Origin: a virus
DNA length: 64,000 nucleotides
Strand: one strand, 5' to 3'
Virus record (IMG/VR): IMGVR_UViG_3300028559_002342
Span: 2,675 to 66,674 of that record
A program made the position numbers and the translations under genes. Below the pieces are notes generated by a model, which did no database searches, was not told the DNA's origin, and worked only from the letters and a program-made list of their open reading frames with translations. Each line of letters starts with the position of its first letter. Positions within the stretch are counted from its first letter, which is position 1. This document shows positions 1 to 10,093 of this stretch, in pieces.

Positions 1-824
1 CTTTCACCCAGTTCAGTGTTGCCAATGTTATCCAACTTGTAAGATTCGCGCAACACAGGGCAAAATCTCTTGTAAATATCCAAATAGTCAACACATGATA
101 CCCCTTCAATGTGCCAGCGTGTTTGCTCTCTACCGAATTTGCCAGTGAACACAATGGGCCTGATGTACCCCACAGGGGAAAGTTTTTTTGATTCATCTTC
201 TCCTAAGATGCGTGTCATTCTATTGACAATGTAAGGCACATCAAAAAATTCGCTGTTCCATCCTGAAAGAATGTCAGGATAGTCAGACATGAAATAACTT
301 AAAAACTTTGATAGGAGATCCTTTTCTGTCTTGCAATATATGTAAGTTAATCCTTCTTTCTTTTTACTATACGCCTTCAACCCCCATGTAATAAACTGTT
401 TGCGCAATGTGTCATAAACAGTTATAATGTTAATGGGATGGGTAGGATTGTCTGGAACGGGGAACACATCTGGACTGTATGTCTCAATATCAATGAACAA
501 CACTCTGATTGGTTGATTGGAAAATTCTTCTTTTTCATTTTCTTGCCAAAAGCTATCAATTAGATATTGTTGCTGAATATTAAGGTTTTCAAATACTCTG
601 GTAATTTTATTTTCTCGTAAATAATGAGCTCTTTCAGCTTGATTGCGAAACTTCTTTCTTTTTAATTTTGTATTAAAGATGCTGGTAGCATCAGAATGAT
701 TATTAGTTTCAAGAAAAATATAGGGCTCAAAAGTAGTGTCAATGGCAATCCTCTTACCATCTTTGTCCCATGTGAAGAGCCGCATCAATTGGCTTTTGGG
801 CACGTAAGCTACATTTCTATACAC
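1..824 (-). CDS. 43: Family B DNA polymerase (gp43-like), N-terminal 3'-5' exonuclease region; runs off the window edge
   Basis: Manual translation from GTG at 824 gives ExoI VLFIDIET, ExoII GWNSEFFDVPY, then DYLDIYK and SYKLDNIG. TATAAT lies 6 nt upstream. Absent from the ORF track because it is truncated. Confidence 0.9.
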   Translation of the reverse strand, partial: MYRNVAYVPKSQLMRLFTWDKDGKRIAIDTTFEPYIFLETNNHSDATSIFNTKLKRKKFRNQAERAHYLRENKITRVFENLNIQQQYLIDSFWQENEKEEFSNQPIRVLFIDIETYSPDVFPVPDNPTHPINIITVYDTLRKQFITWGLKAYSKKKEGLTYIYCKTEKDLLSKFLSYFMSDYPDILSGWNSEFFDVPYIVNRMTRILGEDESKKLSPVGYIRPIVFTGKFGREQTRWHIEGVSCVDYLDIYKRFCPVLRESYKLDNIGNTELGE

Positions 825-866
825 AAACCTATTATAACTGCTATTTTAAAGAAGCCAAAAGATACT

Positions 867-2099
867 TCATGATGCCACGATGTTATTAATTTTGTTCAAT
901 ATTTTGCGGTCCTTGTGACCATAGGGCAGGGTGTACAGCTCTTGATAAGCATTGATATTGTCATCGTTCTCCAGCCAACGCCCTTCAGCCACCTTTCTGA
1001 ATCTGGCGCACATGTTCATGTATTTGCCTTTTTTTGCCAATGTCTCATCTATGCAATTGATCATTTCATCCCCTGTGTTGAACTTGATGGGTGCGTCCTT
1101 GTAGGTGATCATGTCTTGACATGCAATGGGCAGTCCTAAACAACATGCTTCAACATACTTGAGATCACTCTTGGCTCTGTTGAAGGTATTGTCTTGCAAG
1201 GGTGCAACTAACATGTTGACATTAAGATTGTAGAGTTTTTCTGGATAGCTGTACAAATGCTGCCATGGATGGAATTCTAGCTCACCGTTTTTTACAAATT
1301 GCTGCAACTTGAGAGGAAATGCACCTAAAAATATCCATCTGTACTTGTGGCGTGTCTTAATGATGGCTTCAATGACATGATCAAAATCATCTCTCTGGTT
1401 AACACGGTTTTCCACATCAAAGTGAGCTCCAGAACCTGCATAAAGAATTCTTGGACGTGAAACATTTTTGTCGTAATTTTCTGAGATGCGTTTTTCATTG
1501 TAATAATGGCCAAACCAAAACTTGGGTGGAAAATTAGGTATGACAGTTATGTTCTTATTGTTCTGCTTGCCCTGATAATACTCTTTCATGAAATCACATG
1601 TGACTGTAATTTCATCACATAATTCCATGATACTCTGCGCAGTTTTTCGAATCTCGGGATCAGCAAAAGCTGGTTTAAACTTATTGTATTCAGGAATATC
1701 CTCAATGAAGACCAAGTCGTCAATCTCATAGATGAGTCTGAAATTGAGTTTTTGACTCAGTTCTTTTAAAAATTGCACAAATTTAAGCTGGTGTGGTGTG
1801 GCCTGTCTTTGAATGCGAATGGACTTCACACCACGGTAATAGTTGGGATCAAAACACATGACAGTGCTGCCATGCACAATGAGCTTTTGGTGTGCATTCA
1901 GAAAGTGTTCTGGCCAGATCATGCGCCAAAATCCGCAACCACTGTAATCAGCGTAATAATTCAAACAGCGCTGCAAATCCAGTTCTGGTGGCCTTGGGAC
2001 TAGACCACTGGTCGATGCATTGCGCTCTTGCATGGGGAAAGGTGACACAAAAGGTGAAGCAAAAGGTGAGGCAAAGGGAGCAGAATTGGGTAAGAACAT
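867..2099 (-). CDS. Glycosyltransferase (GT-B/GT4-like)
   Basis: SGCGFWRM, YEIDD and APLQDNTFNRAKSDLKYVEA motifs typical of phage GT-B enzymes; short PF(A/V)S repeat at the N-terminus. Confidence 0.75.
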   Translation of the reverse strand: MFLPNSAPFASPFASPFVSPFPMQERNASTSGLVPRPPELDLQRCLNYYADYSGCGFWRMIWPEHFLNAHQKLIVHGSTVMCFDPNYYRGVKSIRIQRQATPHQLKFVQFLKELSQKLNFRLIYEIDDLVFIEDIPEYNKFKPAFADPEIRKTAQSIMELCDEITVTCDFMKEYYQGKQNNKNITVIPNFPPKFWFGHYYNEKRISENYDKNVSRPRILYAGSGAHFDVENRVNQRDDFDHVIEAIIKTRHKYRWIFLGAFPLKLQQFVKNGELEFHPWQHLYSYPEKLYNLNVNMLVAPLQDNTFNRAKSDLKYVEACCLGLPIACQDMITYKDAPIKFNTGDEMINCIDETLAKKGKYMNMCARFRKVAEGRWLENDDNINAYQELYTLPYGHKDRKILNKINNIVAS

Positions 2100-2106
2100 A
2101 CTTTAT

Positions 2107-3918
2107 TTAACTTGCATACTCCTTGTAATCAACTCTTCTTGTTATGCCATTTGTCTTCTCAAGGAAGATAATATCACCAGTAGCAGCTTTGATGCTTTCT
2201 TTTCTGTGACTAATAACCATGATGCATTCATTATACTTCTCAACACGTTCCTTGAGAATGTTGATAACAAGTTCCACCCCTCTTTCATCTAAACTGGAGT
2301 CAAATAGCTCATCATAAATGCTGAAGTTGAAAGACACATCACCTTGAAGTCGTCTGATGTCCATGAAAGTGAACAAGCATGCCAGATCAATATTCTTTCT
2401 TTCAGCTCCACTAAAGTTAAAATATGAACATTGTTTGCCTTTGTTATCCACTATTTCTTCTTCAAAATATTCGTTAAAAGCGCATGTGCAGTTGGCATCC
2501 ATTTTCTTTAAATAATACGCTAACTTGGTATTGAACAGCTGCAATATTTTCTTCACAATGTATGATTTGACGCCTTCTTCTGAAACTACAAATTTAACTA
2601 TATCAAGAACATTGAGTGAATCATTGGTTGTCTCTATGCTGCGCTTCACATCTACTAATCTGACATTCTGTTCAGCTATCAAGCTATCAAAAGCGCTAGA
2701 ATCTTTTTCTATATCTTTTAGATCTTGCTCAAGTTCGATCTGCCATTTGTTAAGTTGATCCAGTCTTTCTTCCAGATTCTTCTTTTCTGTTAGCTTTGAT
2801 TTGTATGTGAATGCTTCATTGCGCAAATTTTGTATTTTAGTATCCAACTTGTTGCGAGCAGCAACAAATTGTTTCTCTTCTTCCTTGAGCTTGGTAATCC
2901 TGTCTTCATGTGCCTCAATCTCTGCATTGAGCTTTTTCTTTTCACTTTTAATATGATTTCTGTCTGTATCCTCTATTGTGCGCAGACATGTGGGGCAAGC
3001 ATCCTTGTCTGTGCCAACAGAATTTATCTTCTTGTTAATCTGTGCTATTAATGTGGTGCTCTCAGATATAGTGTGGCGAATGTCTTGTATCTTTTTATCT
3101 ATTTTATTGTAGTTTGCATCTTGTGTATCAATTTCTTCTTTAATTTTTTTAACATCAGGTAATACAAATTTTTCAAGATCCTTAGTACTGTCTTTGATTT
3201 CCTTTGCATTGTTGGTTTGTCTGGTTTCGTATTTTTCTTTTTTTCTCTGTCTTTCAAGAGCAGAGTTTTCTTTTTGTTTTTGATAAGTTAAAATGGTTTT
3301 TTGTATTTCATCATGTTTGGCTGTTTCAATATCAAACGTTTTCTTACTATCAGCCACATCCACTTTTAAAAGATTGAGCATGTCACCGAAAACTCCCAGA
3401 TTGAAAATATCTTCAATAAACTTGCGCTTCTCCTGTTTCTTTTTGGCCATGAACGGAATAGTATTGTTTATGGTCATGATGACACAATTTTGAAATATTT
3501 CAGGTGTACAATTGAACCGATTGGTAATAAACATGTTTGTATTGGAAATGCTGTCACGTGTCTTGTCTTCACCATTTACAAATATGAAGCACTTGGAAGG
3601 TTCTAGAGTTCTAATGATTTGTATCTCATCTGTCTGATCTAAGCTCTTGATGGTTACATCTAGACATACTTCACAATTCTTACGATTAACATTATTGATG
3701 ATATTTTCTTTTTTAAGGTCTCTCAGCGTCTCACCAAACACAGCAAAATAAACTGCATCAGCAATAGTAGACTTGCCCACACCATTGCGTCTGTCTTCTT
3801 TATCTTTGTTGATGCCTGTGATGATGTGCAGACCTCTTTTGAAGTCCACAGTTACAGGGTGGTTGCCAACTGAAAGAAAGTTTTTAATGCTAATCTTATT
3901 AAAGATGATGTTTTTCAT
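2107..3918 (-). CDS. 46: Recombination endonuclease ATPase subunit (Rad50/SbcC-like)
   Basis: KNFLSVG, Walker A NGVGKST, CPTC zinc hook in a coiled coil, FSGAE signature, Walker B YDELFD, ISH. Confidence 0.95.
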   Translation of the reverse strand: MKNIIFNKISIKNFLSVGNHPVTVDFKRGLHIITGINKDKEDRRNGVGKSTIADAVYFAVFGETLRDLKKENIINNVNRKNCEVCLDVTIKSLDQTDEIQIIRTLEPSKCFIFVNGEDKTRDSISNTNMFITNRFNCTPEIFQNCVIMTINNTIPFMAKKKQEKRKFIEDIFNLGVFGDMLNLLKVDVADSKKTFDIETAKHDEIQKTILTYQKQKENSALERQRKKEKYETRQTNNAKEIKDSTKDLEKFVLPDVKKIKEEIDTQDANYNKIDKKIQDIRHTISESTTLIAQINKKINSVGTDKDACPTCLRTIEDTDRNHIKSEKKKLNAEIEAHEDRITKLKEEEKQFVAARNKLDTKIQNLRNEAFTYKSKLTEKKNLEERLDQLNKWQIELEQDLKDIEKDSSAFDSLIAEQNVRLVDVKRSIETTNDSLNVLDIVKFVVSEEGVKSYIVKKILQLFNTKLAYYLKKMDANCTCAFNEYFEEEIVDNKGKQCSYFNFSGAERKNIDLACLFTFMDIRRLQGDVSFNFSIYDELFDSSLDERGVELVINILKERVEKYNECIMVISHRKESIKAATGDIIFLEKTNGITRRVDYKEYAS

Positions 3919-4988
3919 GTGCTTTGTGTTCTTTTGTACAGGTCAATGCAATACCGAGAGATGTCAGCTTTTTTATCCACATCTAGCAGTGTAACGAACT
4001 CTTCTATTGCTTTGATAGTATCCACCCCAGAGAGATCATAGGATTGGTCTTCGTTCACAGTGATAGTGTCATTATACACGGTGTAATCAACTGACAGATT
4101 GAATGGCTTGTAGGTTGAAATCTTTTGTATTAGAATATCAATGTTATCACTTGTTACCTTTTTATCGATGACCAGTTTAACAATATTGTTATTAACTGTG
4201 TCTTTTACTTCAGTAGCACTCAAGGATTTTAAATTGGCTATGTCAGTAAGGGAGAGCTTGATATGTTTTGGTGAAAGAAGATTTTCATAAAATTTGTAGC
4301 TCAGATCTTCAAAGTCGAGAATAAAATACCCTTTGGTTGAACCTGTGTCACCAAAATCCATTTCAAAGGGATTACCAACATACACTATTGTCTTGTTGTT
4401 GTATTTTCTTTCGTCTCTGAGGTGAAAATGACCTGTCATGATGAGATTGGCTTTGGCAAGCAAGTCTTTTGTCTTTATGCCATGATCACATGCCTTGTGA
4501 CTGTTCATTTTAAATGTTTCAATTTCCAGATGACCAAACAACACATCACTCTCTGGTACTGCTTTGATGTCTGCACCCCATGGTAAAAACGTGCATTCTT
4601 TGCCCAGTATTGTGTGTGTTTCAATCTCACTTATGACAGTAATATTCTTCCATCCATTTAAAATGGAAAGAGAATTGATATCAGCTCTGTCTTTGTAGAA
4701 CGCATCATGATTACCTACCAGAATTACTATATTAAAATCAGACCATAGATTTAAAATTTGATTGACCACATGTATGGTATTGACTGCAATTTCATCTCTG
4801 TAGTGATACAGATCACCCAGAATAAAGATGTCCTTGATATTTTTTTTAGTCAACTCATCTTTCAGCCATGAAGCCCATTGAAGAGCTGTTTCATGCCAAA
4901 AGATACTGTTTTGATGCACGCCAATGTGCAAATCGGCAATGCAGCAAACTTTGGAATTGCTGATTGTTAGTTCTTTTTTAGTCTTCAC
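3915..4988 (-). CDS. 47: Recombination endonuclease nuclease subunit (Mre11/SbcD-like)
   Basis: DLHIG, GDLY, GNHD, GHLE and GHFH metallophosphoesterase motifs; adjacent to gp46. Confidence 0.95.
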   Translation of the reverse strand: MKTKKELTISNSKVCCIADLHIGVHQNSIFWHETALQWASWLKDELTKKNIKDIFILGDLYHYRDEIAVNTIHVVNQILNLWSDFNIVILVGNHDAFYKDRADINSLSILNGWKNITVISEIETHTILGKECTFLPWGADIKAVPESDVLFGHLEIETFKMNSHKACDHGIKTKDLLAKANLIMTGHFHLRDERKYNNKTIVYVGNPFEMDFGDTGSTKGYFILDFEDLSYKFYENLLSPKHIKLSLTDIANLKSLSATEVKDTVNNNIVKLVIDKKVTSDNIDILIQKISTYKPFNLSVDYTVYNDTITVNEDQSYDLSGVDTIKAIEEFVTLLDVDKKADISRYCIDLYKRTQST

Positions 4989-5539
4989 TCAGAACTGTTG
5001 TAATTGCCGTCTGCCGGTTCAATGTATATGTTATACGTATTGCCGTTGTCATCTGGGTTGAGCATTAGCTCAGTGTACACCTTGTCACGATATTCATTGA
5101 GCACTGCATGATGTTTATTCTCTTTCTTGATCCTGTTGATAAAGGCATGAAATGCAATGGTCGTGAAATATGAGAAAGGACTGAACCCTGTGTCAAGCCT
5201 GAATTTTTGATTTCTTAGAGCAGAGAACATCTTCACAATGGCATCTCCTATCATGTCATCTTTGTAGGAATAATTAATAAAATTAGGTGCATAAGATAAC
5301 CCGTTGGCAATCTTTGTCAAGCTTTCACCTAGCTTCTCTGTAATGTTTCCAGATTTATAATACTGTCTTATTTCATCCTCAAACTCTTTGCCATTTACAT
5401 AATGCACCTTATCTTTGGCTTTAACCTTTTTGCGCACAGTTGGTGCAGATTCTGCAGTTGCGACCTTGTTAGGATCTAGGACATTTTCAGTAGAATTACC
5501 ATCTGATTCTGCCGGTTGCTTCTGTTTTTTACGTTTCAT
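4985..5539 (-). CDS. 55: Late-transcription sigma factor
   Basis: HYVNGKEF, PNFINYSYKDDMIGDA and PFSYFTTIAFHAFINRIKKE match T4 gp55. Start moved to MKRKK to avoid overlap with uvsW. Confidence 0.9.
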   Translation of the reverse strand: MKRKKQKQPAESDGNSTENVLDPNKVATAESAPTVRKKVKAKDKVHYVNGKEFEDEIRQYYKSGNITEKLGESLTKIANGLSYAPNFINYSYKDDMIGDAIVKMFSALRNQKFRLDTGFSPFSYFTTIAFHAFINRIKKENKHHAVLNEYRDKVYTELMLNPDDNGNTYNIYIEPADGNYNSSE

Positions 5540-6998
5540 TGACTTCTTTGATGGAGTATTTAATTTGTTCTTTTTCATAAAGGGCTATGCGCTTCTCCAA
5601 GTGAGCAGTGCTATATTTAAATTCATCGGCGATGTCGAATATTATAAGCTTATCTTTGTCCTTATGCAACCGAAGACCTCTTCCTATGGATTGGACTATT
5701 TTGATTTTTGCTTTGCCGCCACAACAGAAAATAATGTAATGCAAGTTTTTAATATTGATGCCAGTGGAGAATATCTTGGAAATGGCAACAACTACAATAT
5801 CAGATCTGTCCTCCATGAGCGATCTAATCTTCTCTCTTTCAGTTATTTCCACTTCTCCTCGAATAAAGTATACTTGTTTATTGGGGCATAATTCTTTAAT
5901 AGAATGATACAGGGTGTCACCATGTTCAATAAAATCTACCAATATGAGAACATTATTTGTAAGTTTGCAGGAAAGCTTGCCAATGACTGTGTTTCTAAAA
6001 ATGTTGCGCATTAAAAACTTTTGTTCTTCACGATACAAGTTAGCGGAAGAAATGACAGCATCCTTGAATGGATCTTCTCTGTACAACAGTTTAATAATTT
6101 GCACAGCCACATTGCTAACATAATTTTCTAAACGAAGCTCATAGCTATGCTTTTCATATATGATGGGTCCAATCTTGCCTATGATATTCCACTGGTCAAT
6201 TAAATTCTCTGGCATTGTGCCAGTAAATCCAAAGCGTACACAAGTTTTTATTCTTTTTATGATCTTGTTGACTTCATTTCCTTTTCGTATTTTATGCACT
6301 TCATCAACAAGCAAACAGTCAATGTCCTCTATCCAGGACAGATCTGTGTTTTTGCTTTGTAATATGCCCAGATTAGCTATTATGACATTTGTTGTGTTCA
6401 CTATGTCACTGTCTATGGGGTTACTGCCTGTCCACTTGCACACAGAAAACGGCACATTATATGAAGCAAAGTCCTTGCATGTTTGTTCCACCAATCCCAA
6501 GTCAGGCACAATGTAGAGACATTTAAACTTTGATCCATGCAAAAGAAATATCTTGGTAAGCAAGGAAGCAGCTGTCAATGTTTTACCACCAGCAGTGGCC
6601 AGTACAATTGTGCCTCTGCCAATTGAGAAAGCTTTCTTTACTATCTCTTCCTGATAATCTCTTAGATGCAGGGCAAGAGGTGTTATATCATTTGTATAAT
6701 GCGGGCTTGATGTCCATTTATGAGCAGGTTTAATTTGCTCAAACAAACTATTGTCTGTGTTCACATCACCCACATATTGATTGTTGGTGAGATACTTTCT
6801 TATTTCAAAATATAACCCAGGTTCAAATCTGCCTGTGGGTGTGATGGCATAAGTTCGTTGGGGTAAAAATCTGCCATAACGCTTGCGAATAAAAAAAGCA
6901 GCTTCATTTTTTACAGAAAATGCTTCTCTAATATCTTCAAACTTATCACCAGAAAGAATACCTGTGTTCTTCTTGGGATCATATGCAAAATTTATCAT
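5529..6998 (-). CDS. uvsW: SF2 helicase UvsW
   Basis: LRDYQ, ATAGGKT, DEVH, GFTGT, STGINI and QSIGRGLR motifs. Confidence 0.93.
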   Translation of the reverse strand: MINFAYDPKKNTGILSGDKFEDIREAFSVKNEAAFFIRKRYGRFLPQRTYAITPTGRFEPGLYFEIRKYLTNNQYVGDVNTDNSLFEQIKPAHKWTSSPHYTNDITPLALHLRDYQEEIVKKAFSIGRGTIVLATAGGKTLTAASLLTKIFLLHGSKFKCLYIVPDLGLVEQTCKDFASYNVPFSVCKWTGSNPIDSDIVNTTNVIIANLGILQSKNTDLSWIEDIDCLLVDEVHKIRKGNEVNKIIKRIKTCVRFGFTGTMPENLIDQWNIIGKIGPIIYEKHSYELRLENYVSNVAVQIIKLLYREDPFKDAVISSANLYREEQKFLMRNIFRNTVIGKLSCKLTNNVLILVDFIEHGDTLYHSIKELCPNKQVYFIRGEVEITEREKIRSLMEDRSDIVVVAISKIFSTGINIKNLHYIIFCCGGKAKIKIVQSIGRGLRLHKDKDKLIIFDIADEFKYSTAHLEKRIALYEKEQIKYSIKEVNET

Positions 6999-7387
6999 GT
7001 CGTTTCAAGCTTAATAATCTCAACAAGATTCTTGATATCATAAGATGCAGAGCTCAAAGTCCTTTCAGATTTTTCAAGCAACTCAACTATTAATTCCAAT
7101 TCTTTTATTCTGCAATCGATTTCTATCACTTCACTGTGTTTCTCTGCTGTGCGCTCAATCACTGGCAAGGCCAATTTTACAGGGCTTTGTTCTTGTATTT
7201 TAACAACCAATTCCTTCTTTAGAAGTTCGCGTTTCTTGCGTAACCCGTTGATATCCATCTTGTGTCTGATTAATCGACCTGTCCATTTGTGCTTGATGCC
7301 AGGCAACTTGAGCTGATATTCCTTTAGAATTAATTCGTCAATCTTCAAATCATCTTGTAACTCATTTATGTAATCTTCTAGTAGCAT
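6995..7387 (-). CDS. uvsY: Recombination mediator UvsY-like protein
   Basis: Helical ~130 aa protein next to uvsW, with DLKID near the start and YDIKNLVE near the end. Confidence 0.7.
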   Translation of the reverse strand: MLLEDYINELQDDLKIDELILKEYQLKLPGIKHKWTGRLIRHKMDINGLRKKRELLKKELVVKIQEQSPVKLALPVIERTAEKHSEVIEIDCRIKELELIVELLEKSERTLSSASYDIKNLVEIIKLETT

Positions 7388-7413
7388 TAACTTAAATAAT
7401 AGTATAGAGTTAT

Positions 7414-7680
7414 ATGAAATCAATTAATATATTTGAAGAAGCGTTTTTACAAGCGTTGAATGAAACCAATGTTGCTGGTGGCATAGGCAGCTTGTTTGGT
7501 GGGGGCATTCTGGATATAGGTGACACAGCAGGAAAAGTGCCAGGATCACCCAATGATATCTATGCCCCAAATGATGCACGCATTCCAAAAATTTTGGGCA
7601 TGGGGAAAAAGAAGAAAAAAGAAAAGATGGGCATCATGCGCAGACCTCTCCCCGGGCTGGGCAAAGAAGTTGTAAATTAA
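7414..7680 (+). CDS. Small hypothetical protein, possibly virion-internal
   Basis: N-terminus MKSINIFEEAFLQALNE resembles a cleavable capsid-targeting leader; Gly-rich body and basic tail. Confidence 0.55.
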   Translation: MKSINIFEEAFLQALNETNVAGGIGSLFGGGILDIGDTAGKVPGSPNDIYAPNDARIPKILGMGKKKKKEKMGIMRRPLPGLGKEVVN

Positions 7681-7700
7681 TATATTGCGCTAATTATAGT

Positions 7701-8114
7701 ATGGATTTAGGTCACTGGATTTTAACTGAAGGTGTTTCTGTTGACATGGACACTTTTGGATTCATCTACGAAATAACAAATACAGTTAACGGGAAAAAAT
7801 ACATAGGAAAAAAACAATGCAAATCCAAGTTAAAAAGGAAGCCTTTGAAGGGAAAGAAGAACAAGAGAATAGAGATAAAGGAATCAGATTGGAAGGCATA
7901 TACCAGCTCTTCTAATGACCTTAATGCAGATATTATAAAATATGGCAAAGACAAGTTCATATTCAAAATTTTAAGAAAATGCAATTCAAAATGGGAATTG
8001 GCTTATTTTGAGATCAAGCAACAACTTGATAGAGATGTGATTTTGAGAGATGATTACTATAATGGAATCATAAATGTCAGAATTGGAAGACCACCAAAGA
8101 ATTTTCTTGAATAA
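7701..8114 (+). CDS. GIY-YIG endonuclease
   Basis: GFIYEITN...KKYIGKK, YTSSS and YYNG motifs; single-domain form common in T4-like phages. Confidence 0.85.
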   Translation: MDLGHWILTEGVSVDMDTFGFIYEITNTVNGKKYIGKKQCKSKLKRKPLKGKKNKRIEIKESDWKAYTSSSNDLNADIIKYGKDKFIFKILRKCNSKWELAYFEIKQQLDRDVILRDDYYNGIINVRIGRPPKNFLE

Positions 8115-8139
8115 TTTCTAGTTTCATGCATAATAGAGT

Positions 8140-8700
8140 ATGCTAAAAAAGCTTGATTTTAAGCAATATAATTTTCAACTCATCAATTTTAACTTTATAA
8201 TGCGCAAGGTGGAGGTTGATATCATAAACGATTTGCACAAATATCACCTCCTGAAGGAAAGAATAACCACAAACGCCAAGCAGTTTTTTTACCATCATAT
8301 TATTTTTGGCATTTGTGAGTATCTTCTGGCTAATAAAACAAATGAAAAGAGCATTATATATTTTAACAACACTCAATTGGAACCATTGATGCTTTTGAAG
8401 TATTTCAAAGAAGAGGACTTGAAAAGATTGTTGGATCAAATACTATGCAAAGTGAAGAAATTGCTTCCCATTAAGGTTTACCGTTCCAATATATCGTTTG
8501 AATTCTTGGATCACTTGCTGGTTGAGAATGAAGGCAGAGGCATAGAAGTGATTAGCGGCATAAGATCTTACTTGGACAGTGTTAATATTGAACGCTTTAC
8601 ATTTGCTAAAGTCAAGACTTTTACAAAGAAAAATAATCTCATATTTCTTAATAAAGAATACTTTGATCTGCTCAAGACTAAACAACTTCTCTTCAGGTAA
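8140..8700 (+). CDS. Hypothetical protein
   Basis: 186-aa ORF filling the gap between neighbours; no recognised motif. Confidence 0.6.
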   Translation: MLKKLDFKQYNFQLINFNFIMRKVEVDIINDLHKYHLLKERITTNAKQFFYHHIIFGICEYLLANKTNEKSIIYFNNTQLEPLMLLKYFKEEDLKRLLDQILCKVKKLLPIKVYRSNISFEFLDHLLVENEGRGIEVISGIRSYLDSVNIERFTFAKVKTFTKKNNLIFLNKEYFDLLKTKQLLFR

Positions 8701-8704
8701 ATCA

Positions 8705-8711
8705 ATAAATA
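8705..8711 (+). promoter_or_regulatory. gp55-type late promoter ATAAATA (representative copy)
   Basis: The same box precedes genes at 9640, 14163, 18449, 35877, 38552, 40121, 40832, 43622, 61434 and 61688, and minus-strand genes at 24597, 60051 and 61007; T4 late consensus is TATAAATA. Confidence 0.8.
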
Positions 8712-8716
8712 ATTAA

Positions 8717-9628
8717 ATGGCAGATATAGCTATTTCACAGTTGACCTATGGGCTACCATCTTCAACTGCATCTATACCATTTTCACAAGACGGTAATACT
8801 TTAAGAGTAGCTCCCTCCGGTCTTCTTGTAAATGCAGGTAAAGTTGGTATTAATACAGGCACAACACCGCTAACAGCTGAATTAACTTTGGCAAGACCTG
8901 TGCAAACACAGGGTAGAGAATCAATAGAATTAAATGTAAGTTCAGGGATTGCAGGCGGGTATTTTGATGGTCTTAAATTTACACAAACGGCAGGTACTTA
9001 CAATACCTTGGCAAGTATACGTTGCAACGTATTTAATAGTGGGCAAACAGCATTAGAATTTTCTACTAGAGATAATACTGGAACTACGCTCAATGCAAGC
9101 CCATTGCTTACTTTAGACCGTAATAACGGTAATGTTTTAAATCACGGATTAATTTTAAGCGGCAGCCCTCAATATAATGATGGTTTGCATAATTTGCCAG
9201 ATGCCGGTATGGTCTCACAAAATGTTGCAAGAGGTTTTTATCATTCTAGGGAAAACTCGGGAACTAATGCAATATATGCTCATATTTTACTACCTTCAGA
9301 TTTTAACAATACAAATTCTCAAATGTTTTTGCTAGAAGTAAAAGGATATAATTTTACTAACTCTTATCTATTAAATTTAATGATAGGTGGATATGTGACT
9401 CTCGCTAGTAATGGCGGGCCTATTAGAAATGTTACTAGTTGGTCTGCGCAAGGAGATTTTGCACCGACTGCATATTACAGTAATACATATAACAGAGGTA
9501 TTGCAAGGTTTTATCTATCTAGACCATACTACACTTCTTTTGTAGTTAATTCAATATGCGTAGGAAATGGTAGAATAATAAAACCGGGTGAGCTTCAAAT
9601 CATTTACAGCACTAACGCTACAATCTAA
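8717..9628 (+). CDS. Fibre/adhesin-like virion protein, MADV-family paralogue 1
   Basis: MADIAISQL N-terminus, GKVGINT fibre motif, beta-rich head; ATAAATA 5 nt before the ATG. Confidence 0.7.
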   Translation: MADIAISQLTYGLPSSTASIPFSQDGNTLRVAPSGLLVNAGKVGINTGTTPLTAELTLARPVQTQGRESIELNVSSGIAGGYFDGLKFTQTAGTYNTLASIRCNVFNSGQTALEFSTRDNTGTTLNASPLLTLDRNNGNVLNHGLILSGSPQYNDGLHNLPDAGMVSQNVARGFYHSRENSGTNAIYAHILLPSDFNNTNSQMFLLEVKGYNFTNSYLLNLMIGGYVTLASNGGPIRNVTSWSAQGDFAPTAYYSNTYNRGIARFYLSRPYYTSFVVNSICVGNGRIIKPGELQIIYSTNATI

Positions 9629-9639
9629 TAAATAACTAT

Positions 9640-10092
9640 ATGAGCTTTAATGATACACTGTCCAAATTTTTAAGATTGTATAATGAACAAGGTGAAGAAC
9701 AGCCTCTGGATGCTGCAGCTCCTGCACCTCAGCAAGCTCCACCACCTGCGCCACCACAAGCTCAAGGTGAACCAGGTGCCCTGCCACCTGAAGGTTATGT
9801 GGACATGGTTAGAATGTTGGCCAAGGCATTGGTAATGAATGTGCCAGCCGGCACCATTGATGCATTGTTTACTAAGCCCATCAATCAAGAGTCAGCTGCT
9901 GAAACAAGAGAAGCATTGCAGTTGGCCATAGCCACAAACGAAAATTATGAAGACAATCCACGCAGAATCACTAATCCTCACATAAAGCAGTTTGTGGACT
10001 CCATTAATGAAAATAACTTCATGGCAAAGTATAAAGAGATTCTTAATATAATGAAGCGTTTCAGCAATGATCCTAATCTTAAAACAAAATGA
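9640..10092 (+). CDS. Hypothetical late protein with Pro/Ala/Gln linker
   Basis: ATAAATA-N5-ATG; leader MSFNDTLSKFLRLYNE. Confidence 0.65.
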   Translation: MSFNDTLSKFLRLYNEQGEEQPLDAAAPAPQQAPPPAPPQAQGEPGALPPEGYVDMVRMLAKALVMNVPAGTIDALFTKPINQESAAETREALQLAIATNENYEDNPRRITNPHIKQFVDSINENNFMAKYKEILNIMKRFSNDPNLKTK

Positions 10093-10093
10093 T

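Noticed and set aside
7701-8114. Mobile homing endonuclease
   Set aside because: Catalytic domain only, with no DNA-binding repeats or intron context.
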